From: a virus
Lineage: Duplodnaviria; Caudoviricetes
IMG/VR virus record: IMGVR_UViG_3300016484_000727
Span: 1-38,562 of that record
Length of the DNA stretch: 38,562 bases
Direction: 5' to 3' (one strand)
Within the stretch, counting starts at the first letter, position 1. Each line of letters begins with the position of its first letter. The notes under the pieces are model-generated. The model searched no databases, was not told the origin of the DNA, and saw only the letters and a program-made list of their open reading frames with translations. Below are positions 26,934-36,102 of this stretch, piece by piece. Position numbers and translations under genes: made by a program.

Positions 26934-27148
26934 TCCACCTCCGGATTTTTCACTGCATGTTGCTTACAGAACAGCCCGCCGAGGCCGTGGCCGGGTTTGC
27001 GGGAACATTGGTGAGGCCACCATATTCCATCTTTCGGCCAAACTTCTTGAGCGCACAGGCTGGCGTCATGTTTGCGTTTATGGCTGTGCATCCCATACGT
27101 CCGCCCCCTGATCTCCTTGATCCGCTCGTCTCGGGTCTGGTCCATCAC
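26930..27148 (-). CDS. small Cys/His protein
   Basis: C.QEVW...QCSRKPGHG..GLFCKQHA. Confidence 0.65.
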   Translation of the reverse strand: MMDQTRDERIKEIRGRTYGMHSHKRKHDASLCAQEVWPKDGIWWPHQCSRKPGHGLGGLFCKQHAVKNPEVE

Positions 27149-27423
27149 GCACCGCCTTTCAGGGTTTTGGCTATTTTGCGCCGACAACCGCGCTCGGACA
27201 TCCGCTTGTTCTTATCCCCGGTTTCGCCATGCCAACCGCTGTTAAAGTGAGCCCCACACAGCGATAGGACACCAACCAGCTCGGCCACGCGGGCTTGAAG
27301 GGCTTGCCGCTCGATGCAGCATGGTCGTGGGTTGGGATCGACAACGTACTCAGACGTGTCGAATTTATACCCGGCCAGCTTGGCATCAAACGCCGCTTGT
27401 TGTTCTGGTGTTGGCTTGCTCAT
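27145..27423 (-). CDS. hypothetical protein
   Basis: 92 aa; AAGGAG RBS. Confidence 0.6.
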   Translation of the reverse strand: MSKPTPEQQAAFDAKLAGYKFDTSEYVVDPNPRPCCIERQALQARVAELVGVLSLCGAHFNSGWHGETGDKNKRMSERGCRRKIAKTLKGGA

Positions 27424-27581
27424 TGCCCCGGCTCCTTTCCTTCAAGCTCGGCCAGATATTCCGTCATTGACGCGTAGTGCATACCTTCGAGCTTGTACGG
27501 CGGCGTCATCATCTTTTTCTCGGCACGGCGGTTAACCTCGTCCACAAAGGCGCGGATCACGCTCAGGTCATGCTCGGTCAT
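27420..27581 (-). CDS. 53-aa hypothetical protein
   Basis: Manual translation MTEHDLSVIRAFVDEVNRRAEKK...; ATGA overlaps at both ends. Confidence 0.6.
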   Translation of the reverse strand: MTEHDLSVIRAFVDEVNRRAEKKMMTPPYKLEGMHYASMTEYLAELEGKEPGQ

Positions 27582-27772
27582 TTCGGCTCCTTTATGAGGG
27601 CTTTCATGCCCTGCGCGTTCTTGAAAACCCGCGTGTTTCCGTGGGTGTATGTGATGGTGCAGTCCTCGCCCTTGCGCCGATGCATCGCGGCGTGCGACAT
27701 AATCCCCAGCGGATTGAACCAGCGGTCACAGGTCCGGCAAAAACAGGTCTGATCGTGCAAGTTTGGCATCAC
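27578..27772 (-). CDS. small C2H2 zinc-finger-like protein
   Basis: CRTC..WF..LGIMSH.AMH. Confidence 0.65.
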   Translation of the reverse strand: MMPNLHDQTCFCRTCDRWFNPLGIMSHAAMHRRKGEDCTITYTHGNTRVFKNAQGMKALIKEPK

Positions 27773-28059
27773 GCCCCCTCCGCAGCCGCGAGCATATTCA
27801 CTAGTGGCCTTAAAGCCTCTCGCATCTTTATGTTGCTCGCCGTTATAGGTTCCACAGCAAGAAACTCGGATATTGCTTTTCTAGCATGGTCCAGTGAAAA
27901 TCTCGGCACCACCACGTACCCGGCGTCGGTCAGGGCTTTGAGGGCGGCCTTCATGGCAGATTGGGCCGTATCCATATTGGGCAGGCCCGTGCGCGGTGTT
28001 TCCATGTTGAAGGCCACTAGGGCGGCGTATGCCACGGCTTCGCTCAGCAGGGGGTTCAT
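27769..28059 (-). CDS. hypothetical protein
   Basis: Start moved to MNPLLSE; AGYVVVPR motif. Confidence 0.65.
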   Translation of the reverse strand: MNPLLSEAVAYAALVAFNMETPRTGLPNMDTAQSAMKAALKALTDAGYVVVPRFSLDHARKAISEFLAVEPITASNIKMREALRPLVNMLAAAEGA

Positions 28060-28229
28060 TGGGGATTTCCTTTTGAGAGAATGACTCCGCGCCCGCCCGC
28101 AAGAGCTGCACACTCATAGGCGGCGTGACCATCCGCCCTGCACTCGGTGTACATCCAGCCCACATAAACGACCGTTGCGGCAAGGGCGATCAACAGAATT
28201 AAACACGCGATGACATGCTGCAGGTTCAT
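28056..28229 (-). CDS. 57-aa membrane protein
   Basis: Manual translation MNLQHVIACLILLIALAATVVYVGW..EC..DGH..YEC; ATGA overlaps. Confidence 0.6.
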   Translation of the reverse strand: MNLQHVIACLILLIALAATVVYVGWMYTECRADGHAAYECAALAGGRGVILSKGNPQ

Positions 28230-28603
28230 ACCGCACCGCCTTTGCGCACGAGGATGAGGTCGCTGACAAATTTCAGACGACCTTCCGTGCCATAAACACC
28301 TGGGATGTCACAAGCACACGGACGTTGAACCCACGCCTCAGCACCGTTGATGTGGATCACTGTGTATTTCTCTGAGCCATTACCACACGAAACCACATCC
28401 CCGACTTCAATCACCGGGGCAGGCTCGACGAGTTCGATCGCGGCGTAGGCAAGAACATCTTTCCACACGCGGTGTTTCGCTAGACCGCCGATAAACGGGT
28501 CTTCTTGGTTGTCGTTATACTGCACAAACACGAGCGCATTTAGTGGAACAGGCGGCTGATTGGACCCATCGTGCCGGGTCAGCTTGATCTTTTGCGGGGT
28601 CAT
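28226..28603 (-). CDS. hypothetical protein
   Basis: Start moved to MTPQK; IEVGDVV KOW/SH3-like C-terminal part. Confidence 0.6.
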   Translation of the reverse strand: MTPQKIKLTRHDGSNQPPVPLNALVFVQYNDNQEDPFIGGLAKHRVWKDVLAYAAIELVEPAPVIEVGDVVSCGNGSEKYTVIHINGAEAWVQRPCACDIPGVYGTEGRLKFVSDLILVRKGGAV

Positions 28604-28605
28604 GA

Positions 28606-28821
28606 CTAGTCCTTCCATGGTGTGGTTGGATTTACTGTACGGGTGAGTGTTATCAATCCACTGAGAGCGTCTATCGTTGCTGACCGGCCAGAGCATCGAG
28701 CCAGCCGTTCAGTTCCTATGAAAAGCCAGACTCGCAGGAGCTGATCCTCGTCCTCAACAGTTGTGGCCATGGCAAGATAATCCTCAAGCGCGGCGTTGAG
28801 TGGTGGCTGATCGTCAATCAT
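28606..28821 (-). CDS. hypothetical protein
   Basis: 71 aa; packed operon. Confidence 0.55.
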   Translation of the reverse strand: MIDDQPPLNAALEDYLAMATTVEDEDQLLRVWLFIGTERLARCSGRSATIDALSGLITLTRTVNPTTPWKD

Positions 28822-29074
28822 TACCCACCCCTCCCGTCAGTTCGCCGCCCAAAACCCAGTGCGGGTATTGCTCGGCTGCCCATTGCAGGGCGCGGTATGG
28901 ATTGCCGTAAAGCGACGGGTTGTCCTTGTAGGCCCGTCCAATCAGAACAGCGGCGGTTTGCTGGCGGGGTGACATTTTCGCCCACACGTCGCACACCTCA
29001 TCAATTGCCTTGCGTTGGTGTTCTGTCAGCGGCTTGTGATAGAGCTGGTCGCCCGTGTCTGTGATGGTCATCAC
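28814..29074 (-). CDS. hypothetical protein
   Basis: 86 aa; GAGG RBS. Confidence 0.6.
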   Translation of the reverse strand: MMTITDTGDQLYHKPLTEHQRKAIDEVCDVWAKMSPRQQTAAVLIGRAYKDNPSLYGNPYRALQWAAEQYPHWVLGGELTGGVGND

Positions 29075-29418
29075 TTAATCCTCTTCGCTGGTTTTCCGGT
29101 CAAAGCAGACCATGCGGCCACGAGGCGCGATCTCATCGGCAATTCGCGTGTGATTTGGCCGATGCTTTCCGAGAAGTCTTGTAGGGCGCGACGGCTGGCG
29201 GAAGCGTTGAACAAAGCGCCAGCCCCATCCGCACAGCGAACCCATGTCCAGACCACCACGTGGACACTGTCGTCCACCTGTGCGGCTTTGGTCGCTGCCT
29301 CTGCCGCCTGCGTGCACATGATTTCAGCTTCGCCTATGGTTCGCGTCCTGTGAGCGCGTTCCTTGGCAATTTCTTGTTCGATGCGTTTTTCGATCTGCTC
29401 AAGTAGGCTCTGTTTCAT
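29071..29418 (-). CDS. hypothetical protein
   Basis: 115 aa; AAGGA RBS. Confidence 0.6.
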   Translation of the reverse strand: MKQSLLEQIEKRIEQEIAKERAHRTRTIGEAEIMCTQAAEAATKAAQVDDSVHVVVWTWVRCADGAGALFNASASRRALQDFSESIGQITRELPMRSRLVAAWSALTGKPAKRIK

Positions 29419-29513
29419 TGTTTTGTTCCTTTCGTGGCTTCCCGCTTAATGAATGCGTCACAAGTATATCAGACCCGCCCATTAAATGGTTCAGGACCTG
29501 CCCTGGCGTTAGG

Positions 29514-29762
29514 TTAGAACGGGATTTCATCATCGACACTCGGTGCGGCCTTGCCGTGCGTTGATTGCTCAGCTGACTTAGGCTCAAACAAATTTGCCCA
29601 GCCTGTCCACTCAGGCCCAACCGGGATGCACTCTAACTTCATAGACAACTGTCCCTTGTCGTTCTCAAACACAGCACCGATGTTTTGGTACCGGCTCTTA
29701 TCATTCCCGTCGCGGTCTTTGTATTTTCCGACAACGGCTACAACGTCAAACTTCTTTCCCAT
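29514..29762 (-). CDS. small SSB-like protein with an acidic DDEIPF tail
   Basis: GKYKDRDG.DK.RY.NIG.VF...KLE.IP.G..W.GW; C-terminal DDEIPF mimics the bacterial SSB tail; downstream of RecT. Confidence 0.7.
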   Translation of the reverse strand: MGKKFDVVAVVGKYKDRDGNDKSRYQNIGAVFENDKGQLSMKLECIPVGPEWTGWANLFEPKSAEQSTHGKAAPSVDDEIPF

Positions 29763-29949
29763 TTTTCAACTCCATGATTTCTAGGTGGGCGGCTCTTGCG
29801 TAAAACTTATAGTACATCAACTCGTCCGAGTATTTAAAACCACGGTGACGACGGAAGTCCGGGACATTACCAGCCTTCACATCTTTCTCTGCGAACTCCA
29901 TCATGTCGTCACGTGTCATGTCGTAGCAGTCATCTGGGTTATCACTCAT
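29746..29949 (-). CDS. hypothetical protein
   Basis: Start moved to MSDNPD (GAGGAG upstream). Confidence 0.55.
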   Translation of the reverse strand: MSDNPDDCYDMTRDDMMEFAEKDVKAGNVPDFRRHRGFKYSDELMYYKFYARAAHLEIMELKNGKEV

Positions 29950-30121
29950 TCCCAACAATCTCCTCAATTTTAACAGTTGCTTGTGCGGCCATATCCAAAC
30001 GGCCCTGCTTGTACGCCCGCTCCAACCCGGCCTGCACAGCCTCCATCAGTGGTTTGTTGCCGGGTTTATGGATAGAGACTATCGATTCGGCTATCGTGTC
30101 AATGATCAATGGGGTATTCAC
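29942..30121 (-). CDS. 59-aa hypothetical protein
   Basis: Manual translation from GTG overlapping the recT stop: MNTPLIIDTIAESIV...AYKQGR. Confidence 0.55.
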   Translation of the reverse strand: MNTPLIIDTIAESIVSIHKPGNKPLMEAVQAGLERAYKQGRLDMAAQATVKIEEIVGNE

Positions 30122-30942
30122 AGCGTATCTCCTTCTCCGGTATCCTGATTGTATTCGATTTCATGCACATCTTGGCTCACATCCTCCTCTGGAGGGGGTG
30201 GAGGCAAGATCGCCTGTAGAGCGCGCGGTTTACCGGCGATACGAGGGGCTTGTGGTTGTGGTGCATCGTTAAAATCAAACTCGTCGTTCCCAATATCGAT
30301 GCTCAATTTTATCGGGAGGTATTTTGACAGGCGTTTCATCGCAGCCTTACGCCACATCTCCCCTCTGAACTCCATCCATGCTGGACCCTTGGCTGACTTA
30401 GACTTTGACTGGATCATGTCTAGATCTGCTTTTGGAACAATCTCAGTTATGACCGTACCATCATTCATGACAGCAACGGCGTACACACCAACAGGTTCAC
30501 CCCGGTCTCCAAACCAGTCAGCCTCATGGCGCGGTGCCTGACCTGATGCGGGGTCGTATTCAAACACATCATTGGCGTGGACGATCAGGGCCGTGAACAC
30601 TTTAATCAACCCAGTTTCAAAGGCACGCTTACGTATACCGGCAGACATTGGCGTGTAGTTTGCAACCTTGATCCAGTTGTCAGGCTGGCCTTTACGCGCT
30701 GTGTTTTTGTTCACAGGTGTGATGATCGCTTCACGCCCGTCCGGGAGCAGGCCGTCACGCGCACAGTTCCGTGCCGCAAGAATAATAGACCCAAGGTCGC
30801 ATCCTTGAAGATCTGGCGTCTGAGCAACGGCTGTGACCAGAACCTCACGGAAAGTCTCAAACGACATGCTGGCTGGTAGCAAGGCTGAGAACTCAGACCT
30901 CCGGTCGTCGATCATTTTTTTAATGTCAGATATAGAACTCAC
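30118..30942 (-). CDS. recT: RecT-family single-strand annealing recombinase
   Basis: A.DGLLPDGREA, V.AND.F.Y, GVYAVA and W....EMWRK...KRL.K.LP motifs. Confidence 0.92.
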   Translation of the reverse strand: MSSISDIKKMIDDRRSEFSALLPASMSFETFREVLVTAVAQTPDLQGCDLGSIILAARNCARDGLLPDGREAIITPVNKNTARKGQPDNWIKVANYTPMSAGIRKRAFETGLIKVFTALIVHANDVFEYDPASGQAPRHEADWFGDRGEPVGVYAVAVMNDGTVITEIVPKADLDMIQSKSKSAKGPAWMEFRGEMWRKAAMKRLSKYLPIKLSIDIGNDEFDFNDAPQPQAPRIAGKPRALQAILPPPPPEEDVSQDVHEIEYNQDTGEGDTL

Positions 30943-31829
30943 TTCGCTTTCCTCTCGTTGATCCGAAACACACGGCTGTCCTTACGTTCATACGAAACGA
31001 CAGCGCCCTTTTGCTCTTTGAATGATACGTTGTACGCACCACATACCAGCTTGTCCGCGTCACCTAAGGCTAACAGCACCTGACCCTTAGCTAGTGTGCG
31101 CCGATCTGTCAGTGCCTTAATTTCGGCACCAAGGTTTTTGTATTCTAATAACGCGTATTCAATGGTCGGATCGCCCGTGACATCAACAACCTTATTCTCA
31201 ACAGGCGCATACAGTTTACCTAGTGTATCCACATCACACGGCAATTGGATCTCAGGCTCAATCCCTGCCTCAATAGACCGCCAAAACTCAACGCACTGGT
31301 CCTCTAGTGCCTTACCAACCAACGGATCGTATTCCCGGTAAATTGGGGTTAGCTTATTTCCACCAACCAGTGGTGCTATCACAGCCTTACGTACACCTAT
31401 GACGTGCATCTGGTGTTGTACCTGGATCTCGATGTGAGCTGGTGCCTCTCCATCAATCCACTTGTCCTTGTAGATTAGGCCATCGACATTTTTGACTTCG
31501 ATCAACGTCTGCCCGTCTGTGGTGATAAAATCGAAAGAGGAACCCATGCGACAATGAGGCAGGCGTACATAATCGTCCAGACGGCGAATGTCCAAATTGT
31601 TATCAGCAGCAAAGCCAAACGCAATAGCGTCCTGCAAACGACGGCCCCACTTCGCGCGATCATTGTCCTCAAATCCATCTTCAATACTGCCCTTCTTCTC
31701 ATGCCACAGCTGAAATTTTGATTTGTATGGGCACACATTAAACAGTGCGCTAACTTCCGTACTCGTCACATCCTTCTTGCGCTCGGCAAGCCATGCTTCC
31801 TCTGTTGTAAATGGGATTGTCTCTCTCAC
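30939..31829 (-). CDS. YqaJ-like (lambda Exo family) exonuclease
   Basis: WL.ER...VTSTEV.AL, WG.RL, S.DF...EVK and QVQHQM motifs; paired with recT. Confidence 0.92.
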   Translation of the reverse strand: MRETIPFTTEEAWLAERKKDVTSTEVSALFNVCPYKSKFQLWHEKKGSIEDGFEDNDRAKWGRRLQDAIAFGFAADNNLDIRRLDDYVRLPHCRMGSSFDFITTDGQTLIEVKNVDGLIYKDKWIDGEAPAHIEIQVQHQMHVIGVRKAVIAPLVGGNKLTPIYREYDPLVGKALEDQCVEFWRSIEAGIEPEIQLPCDVDTLGKLYAPVENKVVDVTGDPTIEYALLEYKNLGAEIKALTDRRTLAKGQVLLALGDADKLVCGAYNVSFKEQKGAVVSYERKDSRVFRINERKAK

Positions 31830-31854
31830 GTCCAGCTCCTGATCTGATATTTAA

Positions 31855-31882
31855 ACCATATCACCGTTTTCCAATCTGTCAA
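31855..31882 (-). promoter_or_regulatory. leftward promoter of the recombination/accessory operon, with an operator over the -35
   Basis: TTGACA (31882-31877), 16 nt, TGn-TATGGT (31860-31855); GGAG before GTG 31829. Confidence 0.7.
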
Positions 31883-31890
31883 CAGAGAAT

Positions 31891-31924
31891 TTGACACGCC
31901 CTAAATTTTTTTGTAGGGTGTCAA
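31891..31924 (+). promoter_or_regulatory. rightward promoter of the replication operon, inside an inverted repeat
   Basis: TTGACA (31891-31896), 17 nt, TAGGGT (31914-31919); 6 nt to ATG 31926; TTGACA(CG)CCCTA...TAGGGTGTCAA dyad. Confidence 0.6.
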
Positions 31925-31925
31925 T

Positions 31926-32144
31926 ATGGACAGTATATTTATATCACCCGTCGAGGTCTTGGCGCGGCACTTCAACGGCAAGCAAAAAGCAGCTATAGCC
32001 ATTGGGTGCAGCCCGTCGGCCATTAGCCATTGGATTAACCGCCATGGTGGGTACATCCCCGACACGCGTATCATTAGGCACATAGCGTCCGTCGTGCCTG
32101 AGATCCCGCTGGAGCACCTTATCCACGGTGTGCGGTGTCCCTAA
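31926..32144 (+). CDS. Cro-like HTH regulator
   Basis: F.GKQKAAIAIGCSPSAISHW...G.IP pattern; first gene of the rightward operon. Confidence 0.85.
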   Translation: MDSIFISPVEVLARHFNGKQKAAIAIGCSPSAISHWINRHGGYIPDTRIIRHIASVVPEIPLEHLIHGVRCP

Positions 32145-33508
32145 GGGATTACCAGGTAGACCTGATTGGTCAGGCTCGTAACCGGTTTAGCAATGGCGCG
32201 CAATCTGTGCTGCTTCAATCTCCGACTGGGTCCGGCAAGACCGTTATGATTACTGACATGATGGGCAGGGCCGTTGAGCGAGGGAGGCGGTGCTGGTTTG
32301 TTGTCCACAGGCAAGAGCTTGTGAACCAGGCGGCGCATCATTTCTCGCGAGCTGGATTAAACTACGGGATCATATCCAACAAACACGCGCCCAATCCAGA
32401 GGCACCCATCCAGGTGTGTTCTATAAAAACCCTGTACAACATGATGGGGCAGGTCCAGACTCCGGATTTTGTGGCATGGGATGAGTGCCACCACGTCGCG
32501 GCAGGGCAGTGGGACGCTGTTTACAGATATGCCGAATCAGCAAAGCATATTGGATTGAGCGCGACGCCAATACGGAAAGATGGGACCGGCCTGCGAAAAT
32601 GGTTCGACACCATGGTTCGCGGTCCGGAAGTCAAGTGGCTGATCGGCCAGGGTTACTTGTCAAAGTACAAGATGTACGGTGTTCAAGATGTCGATACCAG
32701 TCAGGTTCCAACATTAGCGGGGGACTACAAAAATGACGCACTATCAGCACTCATGGACAGACCCACTATCATTGGATCTGCCATATCACATTACAATCGA
32801 ATCGCCCCAGCTTCTCGCGGTGTTGTGTTCGCGCTCAATATCCAGCACAGCAAAAACATTGTCGCTGAATTCATTGCACACGGAATACCAGCAGCCCATG
32901 TCGATGGTTCGTCGTCTGATGCCGAGAGAGATAAAGCAATCCGTGCACTGGAAAGTGGCGACATTAAGGTCCTATCCAACGTGGACCTATTCGGGGAAGG
33001 CTTCGATCTCCCTGCGATTGAAACCGTATTACTCATGCGCCCCACTCAATCTATCGGGCTTCATATTCAACAGATCGGCAGGTGCTTACGCCCCCACGAT
33101 ACTAAGGACTACGCGTACATCATTGACGCTGTTGGAAATTGTTCGCGGCTTGGCGGACCTTCTACGGAGCGCGTCTGGGATCTGGACGGGACGCCAATAT
33201 CGGGCCGCAAAAAAGTAAAACTGCCCATTAATGTGAAGGTGTGCCAAGGCTGTTTCGCTGCGGCCCCATCAACGGAAAAGACGTGCCAGTACTGTGGTGA
33301 TCCATTCCCAGTCAAGGTTCGTAAGGTCATCCACATCGATGGCGAGTTGGTGGAGTTGACTGACGAGAACATGCAGTCCATGCTGAAATTGCAGCAGGCT
33401 AGGGCGCGTACCCTGGACCAACTTATAGCCGTCGGTAAGGAACGTGGTTATAAATCACCACACTTCTGGGCAAAAAAAATAATGGAGAGCCGAGGTGCTA
33501 GAGGCTGA
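32135..33508 (+). CDS. superfamily 2 DExH helicase with a C-terminal zinc ribbon
   Basis: LRDYQ, SPTGSGKT, DECHH, SATP, EGFDLP, QQIGR, C..C...C..C. Confidence 0.95.
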   Translation: MSLRDYQVDLIGQARNRFSNGAQSVLLQSPTGSGKTVMITDMMGRAVERGRRCWFVVHRQELVNQAAHHFSRAGLNYGIISNKHAPNPEAPIQVCSIKTLYNMMGQVQTPDFVAWDECHHVAAGQWDAVYRYAESAKHIGLSATPIRKDGTGLRKWFDTMVRGPEVKWLIGQGYLSKYKMYGVQDVDTSQVPTLAGDYKNDALSALMDRPTIIGSAISHYNRIAPASRGVVFALNIQHSKNIVAEFIAHGIPAAHVDGSSSDAERDKAIRALESGDIKVLSNVDLFGEGFDLPAIETVLLMRPTQSIGLHIQQIGRCLRPHDTKDYAYIIDAVGNCSRLGGPSTERVWDLDGTPISGRKKVKLPINVKVCQGCFAAAPSTEKTCQYCGDPFPVKVRKVIHIDGELVELTDENMQSMLKLQQARARTLDQLIAVGKERGYKSPHFWAKKIMESRGARG

Positions 33509-33866
33509 GATACAACGCCGCGTCCAGCTCGCGCTTATGTCACAGCTGGGGTGTAAAACCTGGCGCAACAACGTCGGCATGGGCTGGGTTGGGAACGTCA
33601 TTCACAGGCAGGGTTCTCGGGTTATCCTTGATAACGTCAGACCATTGCATAGCGGGTTGGTTGAGGGGTCTGGTGACCTAATAGGGTACTACCGAGGCGT
33701 GTTCGTTTCGGTTGAGGTTAAAACAAAAACCGGACGACCGAGACCGGCACAAATCCGTTGGCAGGAAACGGTTCGCGCTGATGGCGGCATTGCTATTATA
33801 ACCAACGACCCACAAGATGCGGTCGATCAGGTATTGACACAATGGAAAATGATCCGCAGTATGTGA
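33495..33866 (+). CDS. VRR-NUC (PD-(D/E)xK) nuclease
   Basis: E.EIQ, WRNNVG, G.GDLIG and VEVKT..GR....Q..W motifs. Confidence 0.9.
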   Translation: MLEAEIQRRVQLALMSQLGCKTWRNNVGMGWVGNVIHRQGSRVILDNVRPLHSGLVEGSGDLIGYYRGVFVSVEVKTKTGRPRPAQIRWQETVRADGGIAIITNDPQDAVDQVLTQWKMIRSM

Positions 33867-33879
33867 TTGCGGGGCACGA

Positions 33880-36102
33880 ATGGAAAAACAGCGCAACTTT
33901 GAATCACTGGCTACATCGCTACTGTCTGATGCGAAATCCCTTTTGCGCACATGGCTGCCCAATGGACGTCTGGTTGGGAACGAATATACGTCCGGTGATC
34001 TGGGTGGCGCACCAGGCGAATCACTGAAAATAAATATCCAAACGGGGCGGTGGTGTGACTTTGCAACAGGGGATAAGGGCGGCGATCTCATCAGCCTTTA
34101 CGCCTCGATCAGGCGGATCAGCAACCCCGAGGCGTATGATGTCCTGTGTGGTGGATACGATATTTACCCCGCGTCACAGCCTCAGGTGGAGTTAAAGCGG
34201 CTCACACCTCCACCGTCTAACGCTCCAAAGCCGAACTTTCACGACACAGAATGTGGCGATCCCGTCGCGATCTACACGTATAAGACCAAATCGGGCGGGG
34301 TGTATAATTACATATGCAGGCATGAGCTTGATGGTGGTAAGAAATTCACACCCCACACATGGTGCGCTGATGACGCGATGTGGGTTCGTAAACACATGGC
34401 CGCACCGCGTGTGCTGTATAATCTCAACCTCATAACCGACCGCCAGGACTGGCCTATCCTTATTGTTGAAGGTGAGAAGGCGGCAGACGCGGCACACCGT
34501 GTATGTGGTCACAAGTATGTGGTCACGACATGGCCGGGCGGTGCGCAAGCCATAGGGAAGGCCGATCTCACACCACTTCACGGACGAAACGTGGTGCTCT
34601 GGCCTGACGCGGATGACGCTGGCATCCAGGCTATGAATAAACTCGCTGGCCTTCTTATGGGTAAGGGCGGCACGATCAAAATTATCAACCCCGAGGGACT
34701 TGAGGCTAAACACGATGCGGCTGACCTGTTTAATGACCAAGCTATGTCGTACGATCAGTGGTTGGTCTGGGCGCGTCCGCGAACAGCTCCTTATTTTGGG
34801 GCAGAAGTCACCCCCCTTGTACCAATGGCACCCAATCCAGCCCCACCACCCCCGCGTCAGGAGGATATGGACGACAATTCCCCCCAAGTTTTATGGGCAA
34901 AGTATGGTCTCCAGATCGTTAATAACAAACCCGCGCCAAACCTCCTCAACATTCAGCGGATCTTCCTTAACCACACTTCATTCGGCGACCTATGTTATTT
35001 TGACGAATTCTTCAATCAGGCGTTCATTAAGGATGGTGACGTATACCGACCGTTTACGGATAACGACGCAATTTCCATCGCCATAAAGATCCAAGGTCAG
35101 CTTGCAATGCCGACCGTGAGCGACGAACTTGTTTATAAATCAGTGAAGGCATACGCTATGTTCAAAACCGTATCATCTCCAAAGGCTTGGATGGAAACCT
35201 TAAAGTGGGATGGCGTCCAGCGCGTTGGAAAGTGGGCACACACCTACATGGGCGCGAGGGATTCTGAGTATCACGACGCAGTGTCTAAGAACTTCTGGAT
35301 CTCGATGGTCGCGCGGATCTATCAGCCGGGGTGCAAGGCTGACAACATGATTATCCTAGAAGGCAAGCAGGGACTGGGTAAATCTACTGCCCTCTCCATC
35401 ATCGGCGGTGCGTGGTATGGTGAGAGCACAGAGTCGGTGCAGTCTAAGGATTTTTACATCTGTCTCGGCGGCAAGATGCTTGTTGAGATTGGTGAGATGC
35501 ACACGTTCAGTCGTGGGGATGTGTCTCGCGTAAAACAAATTATGTCGGCCACCAAGGACACGTATCGAGAGCCGTATGGACGGACATCATCAGACCATCC
35601 GCGTCGCTGCATCTTTGCCGGCACCACAAACGACGCCCAATACCTGAATGACCCCACTGGCGCACGTCGGTTCTGGCCCATCAAGACCGGGAAAATCGAC
35701 AACACCCTTCTAAAACAGGACAGAGATCAGCTATTTGCTGAGGCAATACACCTGTTCAAATCAGGTGAGCCGTGGTGGTTGGTTCCAGAGCGTGAGGCCG
35801 CAGTTATACAGGAACAAGTTCGTGTGGCCGATACGTGGGAAACCCCTATCTCTGATTACGTGTCCGCCAAGGTTGTAGTTACCCTTAATCAGGTGATCCA
35901 GGAGGGATTAGGTATTCAGTCGCAGGAAAAAGTCACCAAGGCCCTGCAACTCCGTGCCGCCGATTGCCTTCGCGCGATTGGATGGGTTAAACGCGGACAG
36001 AATGGCCGTGGCGGTCCGGTTTACTGGTGTGCACCAGAGAACGCGGATGTCCCACTCAGTACACTTGTGGCTAGCACAGGAGGTGTTTTCGATGGCTTCT
36101 AA
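33880..36102 (+). CDS. primase-helicase (TOPRIM plus VirE/VapE-like P-loop domain)
   Basis: W.DFATGDKGGDLI N-terminus; IVEGEKAADA and WPDAD TOPRIM motifs; EGKQGLGKST, YREPYGR, FAGTTN, DPTG.RRFWP. Confidence 0.92.
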   Translation: MEKQRNFESLATSLLSDAKSLLRTWLPNGRLVGNEYTSGDLGGAPGESLKINIQTGRWCDFATGDKGGDLISLYASIRRISNPEAYDVLCGGYDIYPASQPQVELKRLTPPPSNAPKPNFHDTECGDPVAIYTYKTKSGGVYNYICRHELDGGKKFTPHTWCADDAMWVRKHMAAPRVLYNLNLITDRQDWPILIVEGEKAADAAHRVCGHKYVVTTWPGGAQAIGKADLTPLHGRNVVLWPDADDAGIQAMNKLAGLLMGKGGTIKIINPEGLEAKHDAADLFNDQAMSYDQWLVWARPRTAPYFGAEVTPLVPMAPNPAPPPPRQEDMDDNSPQVLWAKYGLQIVNNKPAPNLLNIQRIFLNHTSFGDLCYFDEFFNQAFIKDGDVYRPFTDNDAISIAIKIQGQLAMPTVSDELVYKSVKAYAMFKTVSSPKAWMETLKWDGVQRVGKWAHTYMGARDSEYHDAVSKNFWISMVARIYQPGCKADNMIILEGKQGLGKSTALSIIGGAWYGESTESVQSKDFYICLGGKMLVEIGEMHTFSRGDVSRVKQIMSATKDTYREPYGRTSSDHPRRCIFAGTTNDAQYLNDPTGARRFWPIKTGKIDNTLLKQDRDQLFAEAIHLFKSGEPWWLVPEREAAVIQEQVRVADTWETPISDYVSAKVVVTLNQVIQEGLGIQSQEKVTKALQLRAADCLRAIGWVKRGQNGRGGPVYWCAPENADVPLSTLVASTGGVFDGF

